Origin: Bacteroidota bacterium
GTDB lineage: Bacteria > Bacteroidota > Bacteroidia > UKL13-3
Direction of reading: 5' to 3'
DNA length: 64,000 nucleotides
Assembly: GCA_030680835.1 (NCBI GenBank)
Contig: JAUXUD010000004.1
Span: 32,400-96,399 of the forward strand
The notes beneath the pieces were generated by a model. That model searched no databases. It was not told the origin of the DNA and was given only the letters and a program-made list of their open reading frames with translations. The position numbers were made by a program, and so were the translations under genes. Position 1 is the first letter of the stretch. The number at the start of each line of letters is the position of its first letter. This document shows positions 1-8,038 of the stretch, one piece after another.

Positions 1-525
1 AATGATGGTGTAAATGATGGAATTGACAAATGTCCAAATGTAGCCGGAAGTCCTGCACATTCAGGTTGCCCCGATACCGATAACGATGGTGTATATGATG
101 ATATTGACAGATGTAAAACCATTCCCGGAACTGCAACAAATAACGGTTGCCCTGAATTGAAAAAGGAAACCAAACAATTGTTTCAAAAAGCATTACAAGG
201 GATCCAGTTTGAAACCGGAAAAGCAATTATCAAACCGGTATCCTATCCGATACTCAATTCAATTGTTAAAGTGATGAAAGAAAATCCAAGCTACAAATTG
301 CTGATAGGTGGCCATACTGATAATGTGGGTGAAGATGCCATGAATATGACCCTTTCACAGGATCGTGCATCATCAGTAGCCAATTATCTGATCACAAACG
401 GTGTTGATCCATTAAGAGTGGTTGCAACCGGATACGGTGAATCCTTACCGGTTGACACCAATGAGTCTGTAAAAGGACGCACACGCAACCGCAGGGTTGA
501 GTTTAAAGTTGAATTCCTTCAATAG
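1..525 (+). CDS. OmpA-family outer membrane protein with thrombospondin type 3 (Ca-binding Asp-rich) repeats, 5' end outside window
   Basis: Frame continues from position 1 (NDGVNDGIDKCP...DTDNDGVYDDIDRC repeats) into an OmpA-like C-terminal domain (IGGHTDNVG...NRRVEF). The 157..525 ORF is its C-terminal part. Confidence 0.75.
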   Translation, partial: NDGVNDGIDKCPNVAGSPAHSGCPDTDNDGVYDDIDRCKTIPGTATNNGCPELKKETKQLFQKALQGIQFETGKAIIKPVSYPILNSIVKVMKENPSYKLLIGGHTDNVGEDAMNMTLSQDRASSVANYLITNGVDPLRVVATGYGESLPVDTNESVKGRTRNRRVEFKVEFLQ

Positions 526-553
526 GAGTTTTCATAGGTTAAGTTTTAGTTTT

Positions 554-586
554 AAAAAGGCCTTCCGTTTTGCGGGGGCCTTTTTT
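554..586. terminator. Bidirectional rho-independent terminator between convergent genes
   Basis: aaaaaggcc...ggcctttttt stem-loop with a T-run on the plus strand and an A-run before it, so T-run on the minus strand. It lies between the OmpA stop (525) and the hemerythrin stop (594). Confidence 0.6.
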
Positions 587-593
587 ATGTTCC

Positions 594-1139
594 CTAATCC
601 ATCATCGTCAAATCCCGCCTCAATTCATCGGCAAGTTCTTTCCATTCTTCTTTACGTGCATCCCCCAATTCACGATCCCAATCTAAAAAGCGATGACCTA
701 TTTTTTCCAGTTCTGCCAGGTCGAAAATGCTTTCTGCCATTTGAAATACTTCTTCGTTTTCAACGGCTATATGATTCAGAAGTTCCTCTGTGTATTTTTC
801 AAGCTGATCATGCGCTTTTATATAATCATGTGCATTCAGACTTTGCTCTATGGATTTTATCATTTCGCGAAAATCTTCGTGGTTTTCAAACATTTCTTTG
901 ATGATGCCCTCTTCCAGCATTTCGTTGCGTTTATTCATCTCCGGGAACAGGATTACCTCTTCTTTATAATGATGATATTTATCGGCATAATTTCTGAAAA
1001 ACTGGATGAGTTTGCGGAGCTTGATATCGTATAAATCCGGGTCTCTGTTTATCAGATATTTCAGTTGTTTGGCCACATCTATGGCATTCACGATTACTTC
1101 GTGTTCATCGTATAAAATTTTCATAAATGGATTTGTCAT
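594..1139 (-). CDS. Hemerythrin-like (HHE cation-binding) domain protein
   Basis: 181 aa with spaced His/Glu/Asp pattern (YDEHEVI..., H..YKEEVILFPE..., HEDFREM...) typical of bacterial hemerythrin-like proteins. Last gene of the minus-strand array. Confidence 0.6.
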   Translation of the reverse strand: MTNPFMKILYDEHEVIVNAIDVAKQLKYLINRDPDLYDIKLRKLIQFFRNYADKYHHYKEEVILFPEMNKRNEMLEEGIIKEMFENHEDFREMIKSIEQSLNAHDYIKAHDQLEKYTEELLNHIAVENEEVFQMAESIFDLAELEKIGHRFLDWDRELGDARKEEWKELADELRRDLTMMD

Positions 1140-1146
1140 ATTGTTT

Positions 1147-2079
1147 TTATTTATTATTCAATTCTTCAAGACTTTGCTTTAAATATAAAATCATCATTTC
1201 TTTTCGGTAGGCTCTTGAATAGTAATCATTGTCTACAATTCTTGCTTTTTTAACCGCATCCTGAATGAGTGTTTCTGAGACATCCAGCATGCCTTCAACG
1301 ATTACGGGTTTTGGATCAATACCCCCTATAACTATTTTTATTTTCCCGTTTTGAACCAATGAAACGGCGGTGGTTAACGAGGTAAAATCAACCGCTTCAC
1401 GCGGACGTAATTTTTTGAACACTACTTTAAAGCTGTTGTCAAGAGGTAACATAATGTTTTTGATAATGGCCGTTTTTGAAAGATTTCTGGGGTTGATTCC
1501 ATCTCCGGTATAAATACTTTCCAATGGAATAATTTTTAAACTTTTTTCATCAATGATCTCAAGCTGTGCGTTCATGCTGATCAGTACCGGGGCAGTATCG
1601 GATACAAATTTTGAGAAACAGGCTTTGGTTCCACCGGTTGCGATGCATACTTCCCCATCGCATTTCAGACAGTATCCAACCGACTCACGCCACCAGGCAC
1701 TCTGGTTAAAATAGGTACATCTGTTTTCACATAAAATATTTCCGCCAAGGGTTGCTGTTTTTCTTAGGATGGGTGAAGCAACTTCATTCGCCGCTTTTAA
1801 TAATGCAGGAAATTGTTCTTTAATAATTTCATGTTTTTTAAGATCATCCAGACGAATTAATGATCCTATTTTCAGGAAATGAGTATCAGCATGCACTTCC
1901 TTTAGTATGGCGATACCGGAAAGGTCAATCAAACTTGCTGATTCATCATTTCCCTGAAACCTGTTTACCAGCACATCGGTTCCGCCTGCAATGTATTTAA
2001 AGCTTTGTACATGTTGCTTTGCCAGTGAAAGCGCTGCTTCAATGCTTGTTACCAGATGATATTTATTTTCAGCCATCAT
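1147..2079 (-). CDS. Xanthine dehydrogenase family FAD-binding medium subunit (CoxM/XdhB/HcrB-like) with a Cys-rich inserted loop
   Basis: AGGTDVLV FAD-binding motif. Cysteines at residues 117, 121, 137, 140, 145 and 154 fall within a ~40-residue stretch (LCENRCTYFNQSAWWRESVGYCLKCDGEVCIATGGTKAC) that ordinary CoxM/XdhB subunits lack. Start overlaps the upstream gene by 4 bp. Confidence 0.7.
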   Translation of the reverse strand: MMAENKYHLVTSIEAALSLAKQHVQSFKYIAGGTDVLVNRFQGNDESASLIDLSGIAILKEVHADTHFLKIGSLIRLDDLKKHEIIKEQFPALLKAANEVASPILRKTATLGGNILCENRCTYFNQSAWWRESVGYCLKCDGEVCIATGGTKACFSKFVSDTAPVLISMNAQLEIIDEKSLKIIPLESIYTGDGINPRNLSKTAIIKNIMLPLDNSFKVVFKKLRPREAVDFTSLTTAVSLVQNGKIKIVIGGIDPKPVIVEGMLDVSETLIQDAVKKARIVDNDYYSRAYRKEMMILYLKQSLEELNNK

Positions 2080-4847
2080 TTTTCTTTTAGCAGGTTTAAA
2101 ACATCTTCCGATTTAATGGGGAGTTTGGTAATCCGTATTCCAACCGCATCATAAATTGCATTTGCTATTGCAGGAATCACAGGATGCAAAGCGCCTTCTC
2201 CGCATTCTTTGGCTCCAAACGGACCTTCAGGATCGTTGGTTTCAATAATATTTGTGTGGAAATCCGGAGTGTCGAGAGAAGTTGGGATTTTGTAATCCAG
2301 GAAATTATTATTCATCAATAAGCCATTATAATAACGCATTTCCTCACTCATGGCCTGACCAATTCCCATGTGCCAGGAGCCTTCCAATTGTCCTTCTACT
2401 GCAAGCGGATTTAATGCTTTGCCACAATCATGCGCTCCCCATACATTGAGTATTTTTACATGTCCTGTTTGTTCGTTTACGTTCACTTCGGCTACACAGG
2501 CACCAAACGAATAGGAGGGACTTAAACCCGCGCCGGCACCTTTAAAATCACCACCCAGTTTAGGAGAAATATATTTTCCGCTCACAGAAACAGCACCGCG
2601 GTTTGCAGTTAAAATTTCAATGGCTTCCATCCAGCTCAGGTCTGTACTTTTATCATTGCTGAACACCCTTCCATCCAAAAAGTTGAGTTCATCTGTGGGT
2701 ACATTTTTTGATTTTGAAATGGCAGTGGCTATTTCAGCTCTCAAATTTTCAGCAGCATTTTTTGCAGCATTACCGGCCATAAAAGTTACCCGGCTCGAAT
2801 AGCTCCCCAGGTCAACCGGTGTGAGTAAGGTATCTGCTCCAATTACAAAAATATGATCCATGCCAATACCCAAAACTTCTGCCACAATTATGGCCAGCAT
2901 GGTATCACTGCCCTGTCCGATATCATTGGCACCTGATGTTACCAAAACCCGGCCGTCGAAATCTACTTTTAAATGTACAACTGATTGTGGCAATTCATTC
3001 CAGAAAATAGGCAAGGCACTGCCGCTGATAAAAAATCCACACCCTACGCCAAAACCATGTCCGGATGGCATTTTAGCATGTTTGTTTTTCCAGTTGGATT
3101 GCTCAGCAACTTTTTGAATTGACTCCCTGCTTCCGTTTGAAGTGATGCGGTATTGTCCAACCGTTAAGGTATTCGAATCCAGAAAATTTTTCATCCTGAG
3201 TTCAACCGGATCCATTTTTATCTTATGTGCAATATCATCAATTAAGGATTCAACAGCAAAGCGCGAATTCACCGCTCCATGCCCGCGCATGGCACCACAT
3301 TGAGGTTTGTTGGTATATACCCTATAGGTTCTGAACCCAAAATTATTTAATTTATAAGGAGCTTGCAGCAATACGCCGTTATAGTATGAAGTTACAACTC
3401 CAAAGCTTCCATAAGCACCTCCGTCAATGGCAATATCTGCATCCAGTACTTTTAGTATACCGTCATTATCGGCACCTAACTGAATGGTCATTTGAGAAGG
3501 ATGGCGACCATGATTGGTTAAAAAAACTTCTTCCCTCGACAAGCGTACATGTACCGGTTTGCCTGTTTTGCGTGCGATATACGCTACAATAATCTCATGC
3601 GGGAAGGGATCACCCTTGCCCCCAAAACCACCACCCACATGCGGCTTAATAACCCGTACCCGGTTTAAAGGAACTTCCATTGTTTTGGCAAGGGCTCTGT
3701 GCAAATAATGGGATACCTGCGTTGCGGAAATCATCGTTAAACCATTTTCATCCCAGAATGCCGAGGCGGAATGCGGTTCGGTAAATCCATGGTTCACACC
3801 TTCAAAAGTGAAGTCCATTTTACTCACTACCTCAGCATCTTTTAATCCTTGTTGCTGATCTCCAAAACGCAATTCAGCTTTTTTATGGACATTGTTATTT
3901 TGCTTGCCGTGTTCAGGATGAATTTTTTCATGTTCACCCACATCTTTTAATGAATCTTCAATAGTTAAATATTGCTTTATCGGATTGTATTTTATTTCAA
4001 TCAGCTTACAGGCCTTCAAAGCAATTGCTTCGGTATCGGCTGCCACGGCTGCCACAATTTCACCAATATACCGGGTCTTATGAATCGCTATGGCATTTTC
4101 ATCCTGGGAGATGGGAAGTACTCCGAAAGTAATGGGCAGTTCCTTACCGGTTGCAATATACCTTACCCCCTCTAATTTCATTGCCTTATCCGTATCTATC
4201 CACTCAATTTCTGCATGCGGAAAAATGCTTCTCACAAATTTAACCTGCAAGGCGCCTTTCAGTTTTATATCATCTGTATAATCAGCAATTCCCTGTACCT
4301 TTTTGCTTGCTTCAATATAAGGCCGGCTAACACCCACTGATTTGAGGTTTGCAGATTCCAAACTGTGAACTGTCAACTGTGAACCGTTAACTTCTTTTGC
4401 ATATTCAGCTACTGCCTCAATTATTTTCTTATAACCGGTACATCTGCATAAATTTCCGGATAGTCCTTCCTTAATCTGATCAATAGTAGGGTTGGAGTTA
4501 TGATTCACAAAATCCAGAGCCGTCATTACCATTCCCGGTGTACAAAATCCGCATTGAATGGCCCCTTTTTCTACAAATTTTTCCTGCAATTTATGGAGTG
4601 AACCATCCTGTGAAAGACCTTCAATGGTAGTTATATTGGCTGCATCAAATTTTAATGCAGGCGTAATACAACTGAGCACAGGTTCATTATTTACCAAAAC
4701 AGTACAAGCGCCACAACTGCCTTGTTCACATCCTATTTTTGTTCCGGTTAAACCTGCTTTTTCTCTGATAACGGTTGATAGCATTTCATGTTCTTCAACC
4801 AGGAGATGAAACTGTTTCCCATTTATATTTAGTTCGATTTGTTTCAT
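2076..4847 (-). CDS. Xanthine dehydrogenase family molybdoenzyme, fused [2Fe-2S] small subunit plus molybdopterin-binding large subunit (HcrC-HcrA-like / aldehyde oxidoreductase-like)
   Basis: N-terminus has both 2Fe-2S motifs (CEQGSCGACTV; CGFCTPGM; CRCTGY), followed by ~760 aa of large-subunit sequence (GGGFGGK). 923 aa. Confidence 0.75.
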   Translation of the reverse strand: MKQIELNINGKQFHLLVEEHEMLSTVIREKAGLTGTKIGCEQGSCGACTVLVNNEPVLSCITPALKFDAANITTIEGLSQDGSLHKLQEKFVEKGAIQCGFCTPGMVMTALDFVNHNSNPTIDQIKEGLSGNLCRCTGYKKIIEAVAEYAKEVNGSQLTVHSLESANLKSVGVSRPYIEASKKVQGIADYTDDIKLKGALQVKFVRSIFPHAEIEWIDTDKAMKLEGVRYIATGKELPITFGVLPISQDENAIAIHKTRYIGEIVAAVAADTEAIALKACKLIEIKYNPIKQYLTIEDSLKDVGEHEKIHPEHGKQNNNVHKKAELRFGDQQQGLKDAEVVSKMDFTFEGVNHGFTEPHSASAFWDENGLTMISATQVSHYLHRALAKTMEVPLNRVRVIKPHVGGGFGGKGDPFPHEIIVAYIARKTGKPVHVRLSREEVFLTNHGRHPSQMTIQLGADNDGILKVLDADIAIDGGAYGSFGVVTSYYNGVLLQAPYKLNNFGFRTYRVYTNKPQCGAMRGHGAVNSRFAVESLIDDIAHKIKMDPVELRMKNFLDSNTLTVGQYRITSNGSRESIQKVAEQSNWKNKHAKMPSGHGFGVGCGFFISGSALPIFWNELPQSVVHLKVDFDGRVLVTSGANDIGQGSDTMLAIIVAEVLGIGMDHIFVIGADTLLTPVDLGSYSSRVTFMAGNAAKNAAENLRAEIATAISKSKNVPTDELNFLDGRVFSNDKSTDLSWMEAIEILTANRGAVSVSGKYISPKLGGDFKGAGAGLSPSYSFGACVAEVNVNEQTGHVKILNVWGAHDCGKALNPLAVEGQLEGSWHMGIGQAMSEEMRYYNGLLMNNNFLDYKIPTSLDTPDFHTNIIETNDPEGPFGAKECGEGALHPVIPAIANAIYDAVGIRITKLPIKSEDVLNLLKEK
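2252..2449 (+). other. Six-frame-track ORFs of 60-100 aa that lie antisense within long well-supported CDSs (this span is one of about 80)
   Basis: Examples: plus-strand ORFs within 2076..4847 and 8039..10039, minus-strand ORFs within cusA (26346..30218) and the P-type ATPase (37325..39976), the three short ORFs inside hemB (52361..52555, 52406..52597, 52581..52766), and 497..901 and 693..1034 antisense to the hemerythrin gene. None has motifs or a credible start context, and the sense-strand genes have clear family signatures, so they are called artefacts. Confidence 0.9.
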
Positions 4848-5587
4848 AGATTCATATTTGCTCCAATGTTTTTACCGCCATCCACATACATTACCTGTCC
4901 GGTAATAAATTTTGTTTTTTCATTTGCCAGAAAGGAAACCACATTGGCAACATCTTCAGGTTTACCAATGGTTTTTGTAGGCTGAGCCTGTATGAGTTTT
5001 GTTAGCACGGATGCTTCCAGATTTTGGGTAAGCGGGGTGTCAATCAATCCCGGAGCCACTGCATTTACCCATACATTGTATTTTCCCAATTCCAATGCCA
5101 GCACCCTTGTTAATGCAACCACACCGGCTTTTGATGCCGAATAATTGGATTGCCCCGCATTGCCCAACCAGGCTCTGGAAGCGATATTAATAATGCGTCC
5201 GGAATTTTGTTCTTTCATTACCCTTGCGGCTTCCCGGCACATCATCCAGGTTCCTCTTAAATTAACTGCTATCACCGCATCAAATTCTTCTACACTCATT
5301 TTCCAGATCATTTTGTCTTTGATAATACCTGCATTATTCACAACCACATCAATGGAACCATTTATTTTTTTTGCCGCTGCAAATAATTTCTGAACCGAAA
5401 TCTCATCATTAATATTGGCTTCAATATAATTACTGAAATCACTTCCCATTTCTTTCTCCAGGGCAATGCCGGCTTCTTTATCAACATCAACCAATACTAC
5501 AAAAAAGCCATCGGCCTTTAACTTTGTGGCAATGGATTTGCCAATGCCCTTAGCTGCACCCGTTACTATCGAAACTTGCTTCTTCAT
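4844..5587 (-). CDS. Short-chain dehydrogenase/reductase (FabG/BadH-like, possible hydroxyacyl-CoA dehydrogenase)
   Basis: TGAAKGIGKSIA Rossmann motif, NNAG, and S...Y..ASK catalytic triad region. 247 aa. Confidence 0.7.
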   Translation of the reverse strand: MKKQVSIVTGAAKGIGKSIATKLKADGFFVVLVDVDKEAGIALEKEMGSDFSNYIEANINDEISVQKLFAAAKKINGSIDVVVNNAGIIKDKMIWKMSVEEFDAVIAVNLRGTWMMCREAARVMKEQNSGRIINIASRAWLGNAGQSNYSASKAGVVALTRVLALELGKYNVWVNAVAPGLIDTPLTQNLEASVLTKLIQAQPTKTIGKPEDVANVVSFLANEKTKFITGQVMYVDGGKNIGANMNL

Positions 5588-6374
5588 ATGTTTCAGTTTT
5601 TACCTTTTGTATAATTTCTTTTTGATTTGATACCGCAACAATTTTTGCCACAATACCCAGTGCAATTTCTTCCGGTCCGTTTTGACCAATATCAAACCCC
5701 ATGGGCATATCAACCCGGTCCAATTGTTCTTTACTGCAAATATTGTGTTCAAGGAATCTTTTTTTTGTGATCAATATTTTCCGCATGCTGCCAATCATTC
5801 CCAGGTATGCGGTATTTTGATTGATGCAGTAGGCCAGAATTTCACGGTCGTATTCATGCTGGTGTGTGCAGATAATCACATAGGTATCCGAATCAAACAA
5901 AAGTTTGGAAAAAGCTTCTTTATGGTTCAGGGGAAATTTTTGAATATCGGGGACATCTGTTTTGTCAAGCATTTTGCTGCGCTCATCAATCAGGATGGTT
6001 TTAAATTGTAATTTTTGTGCGTAGAAGGCCACATGGCTTCCAATATGTCCTGAACCAAATACGATTAATTGTTTTTGTGGTTTTTGGGGTTCAATAAAAA
6101 TTTTCATGGTACCTCCACAGCACATATTTTGTTTGAGTAAGGCATAGTCTATTAATTTAGATTCATTTTGCAGAATGAGTTTAATGGCATCGGCGATAAC
6201 CTGCGATTCTACGTTTCCTCCGCCAATGGTACCTGCAGAATCGCCATTTGCCCAGATCAGCATTTTTGCACCTGCTTTCAAAGGTGTTGAACCCGATGTT
6301 TCAACAACCGTACAGAGTGCAAGCTGCTCTCTTTTTTCCAGTGCACATTGCAAAATATTAAACAGGGATTGCAT
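5550..6374 (-). CDS. xdhC: XdhC/CoxI family molybdenum cofactor insertion chaperone
   Basis: N-terminal XdhC_CoxI domain and a C-terminal Rossmann-like domain (LIVFGSGHIGSHVA). Sits next to Mo-enzyme genes. Confidence 0.7.
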   Translation of the reverse strand: MQSLFNILQCALEKREQLALCTVVETSGSTPLKAGAKMLIWANGDSAGTIGGGNVESQVIADAIKLILQNESKLIDYALLKQNMCCGGTMKIFIEPQKPQKQLIVFGSGHIGSHVAFYAQKLQFKTILIDERSKMLDKTDVPDIQKFPLNHKEAFSKLLFDSDTYVIICTHQHEYDREILAYCINQNTAYLGMIGSMRKILITKKRFLEHNICSKEQLDRVDMPMGFDIGQNGPEEIALGIVAKIVAVSNQKEIIQKVKTETYEEASFDSNGCS

Positions 6375-6972
6375 GGTTAAAATATTTTATATAATCTTCT
6401 TCCGTGTTAATATTTGCCAATAGCTTTTCATCGTCAACCGGCACTTCTTCAAAGGAAAACTTTTCAAGAATCACTCTCAGGTCTTCAGAATCCGATTTTA
6501 TTTCTTTGATATGCTGAAGTATTTCTTTTGAAAGTAAAACGGGATGCCCTTTCTTACCCAAATAAACCGGAACCACATATTTACCAGGTTCAATTTTAGC
6601 TTTCATTTGATTGAGTAAACCGGATGTTGTAAATGGATTATCGATATTCTGTATGAAGACTGGAAAAGAATTGTCAATATTGTTTAAGCCCAGTTTGATA
6701 CTGTAAAAGCGGTCGGATACCGGTCTGATATTGCAAACAATTTTTATACTGTTTGCATTAAGATTTTCATGAATTTGTTTTTTCAATTGTTTTATTAATT
6801 GTGAATGGGTAACCAGAACAATATTTTCAATGCCGGCCTGGGTATATTGATAAACGAGATTTTGTATAAAGTTAAATTCGGGATCAAAGGACAACCAGGC
6901 TTTAGGCTGACCCAGTCTTGCGGATTTTCCGGCCATTAAAATGATTGCGCTATATTTATTTTTTACATCCAT
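6358..6972 (-). CDS. mocA: MobA-like NTP transferase, probable molybdenum cofactor cytidylyltransferase (MocA)
   Basis: ILMAGKSARLGQPKAWL nucleotidyltransferase motif. The track ORF 6358..7146 has a hydrophobic N-terminal run that overlaps the upstream gene. The internal Met at 6972 (MDVKNKY) abuts the upstream stop at 6977. Confidence 0.55.
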   Translation of the reverse strand: MDVKNKYSAIILMAGKSARLGQPKAWLSFDPEFNFIQNLVYQYTQAGIENIVLVTHSQLIKQLKKQIHENLNANSIKIVCNIRPVSDRFYSIKLGLNNIDNSFPVFIQNIDNPFTTSGLLNQMKAKIEPGKYVVPVYLGKKGHPVLLSKEILQHIKEIKSDSEDLRVILEKFSFEEVPVDDEKLLANINTEEDYIKYFNHAIPV

Positions 6973-6976
6973 ATGA

Positions 6977-8017
6977 TCAGGTACCCTTATGAGTAAGCGC
7001 GCTGTTGTGCAAGTAGTGGTTGAGAAATAAAACAGAACCAAATAGCAGAAAAGCACCGGTTTGATGCAATATTCCGATAAAGATAGGAACGCCGTACAGG
7101 ATATTGAAAACACCCAGTAAAAATTGAACTCCATAAATGAAGCCAATAAATTTTATCAGATTTTGCAGGGTAGGCGTGAGGTTGTATTTTAAGGATTTAA
7201 AATAAACAAGTACTATAGGGATTAAGACAAGCCATGCCAGGGTTCTATGGATAAACTGAACACCTGCCTGCCCTTCAATAAAATTTTTCCAAACGGGTTT
7301 CAGCAGGGTTACTTCATTTGCTATCCAATTTTCATTCATTTTTGGAAATGCCGGAAACATATAACCGGCTTTTAGCCCTGCAACAAAAGCGCCATAAACT
7401 ATTTGTATGATAACCATTCCCAACAGGATGCGGCTTATATTTTTCATTGAGGAATAATTATCCAATTCTTTTTTAGGATAGAACAAATCCAATGCATACC
7501 AAAATGAAAATCCAAATGCAGCAAAGGCGGTCAACAAATGCAGGGCAAGGCGGTAATGACTTACATGCGGATTTTTTTGCAGACCGCTTTTTACCATAAA
7601 CCATCCGATGAATCCCTGGAGTGAACCGATCAGCAAAAGGATTAACATTTTTTTTATAAAGCCTTCCGGAAATTTTTTTCGAATGAGAAAAAATAAAAAG
7701 GGAATCAGAAAAACCACCCCGATAAACCTGCCGATAAAGCGGTGAATATACTCCCACCAAAAAATATTTTTATAATCCTGGAGGGTGAAATCTTTATTGA
7801 TAATTTTGAATTCCGGTGATTGCCGGTATTTATCAAACTGCAGCATCCATTCCTGTTCATTTGAGGGAGGCGTTGAACCCGTAATGTTCCATTCAACCAT
7901 CGACAATCCCGAATTTGTTAAACGCGTAATGCCCCCAACAACTACCATCACGTAAATTAATATACAACCGCTTAGCAGCCAGTATATAATTAATCTATTT
8001 GATTTTTGTGTCTGCAT
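6977..8017 (-). CDS. ctaA: Heme A synthase homolog (COX15/CtaA family, type 2 without the Cys pair), polytopic membrane protein
   Basis: 346 aa with about 8 TM segments. It carries the EYIHR and HxxLA..H motifs in each half that are typical of CtaA. Confidence 0.55.
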   Translation of the reverse strand: MQTQKSNRLIIYWLLSGCILIYVMVVVGGITRLTNSGLSMVEWNITGSTPPSNEQEWMLQFDKYRQSPEFKIINKDFTLQDYKNIFWWEYIHRFIGRFIGVVFLIPFLFFLIRKKFPEGFIKKMLILLLIGSLQGFIGWFMVKSGLQKNPHVSHYRLALHLLTAFAAFGFSFWYALDLFYPKKELDNYSSMKNISRILLGMVIIQIVYGAFVAGLKAGYMFPAFPKMNENWIANEVTLLKPVWKNFIEGQAGVQFIHRTLAWLVLIPIVLVYFKSLKYNLTPTLQNLIKFIGFIYGVQFLLGVFNILYGVPIFIGILHQTGAFLLFGSVLFLNHYLHNSALTHKGT

Positions 8018-8038
8018 TTAATCGTTTGAATGGTTCAA

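Noticed and set aside
6973-7146. Long hydrophobic N-terminal extension of the MocA-like ORF
   Set aside because: It overlaps the upstream CtaA-like gene in another frame. The internal Met at 6972 (MDVKNKY) begins exactly 4 bp after the upstream stop and precedes the conserved NTP-transferase motif.
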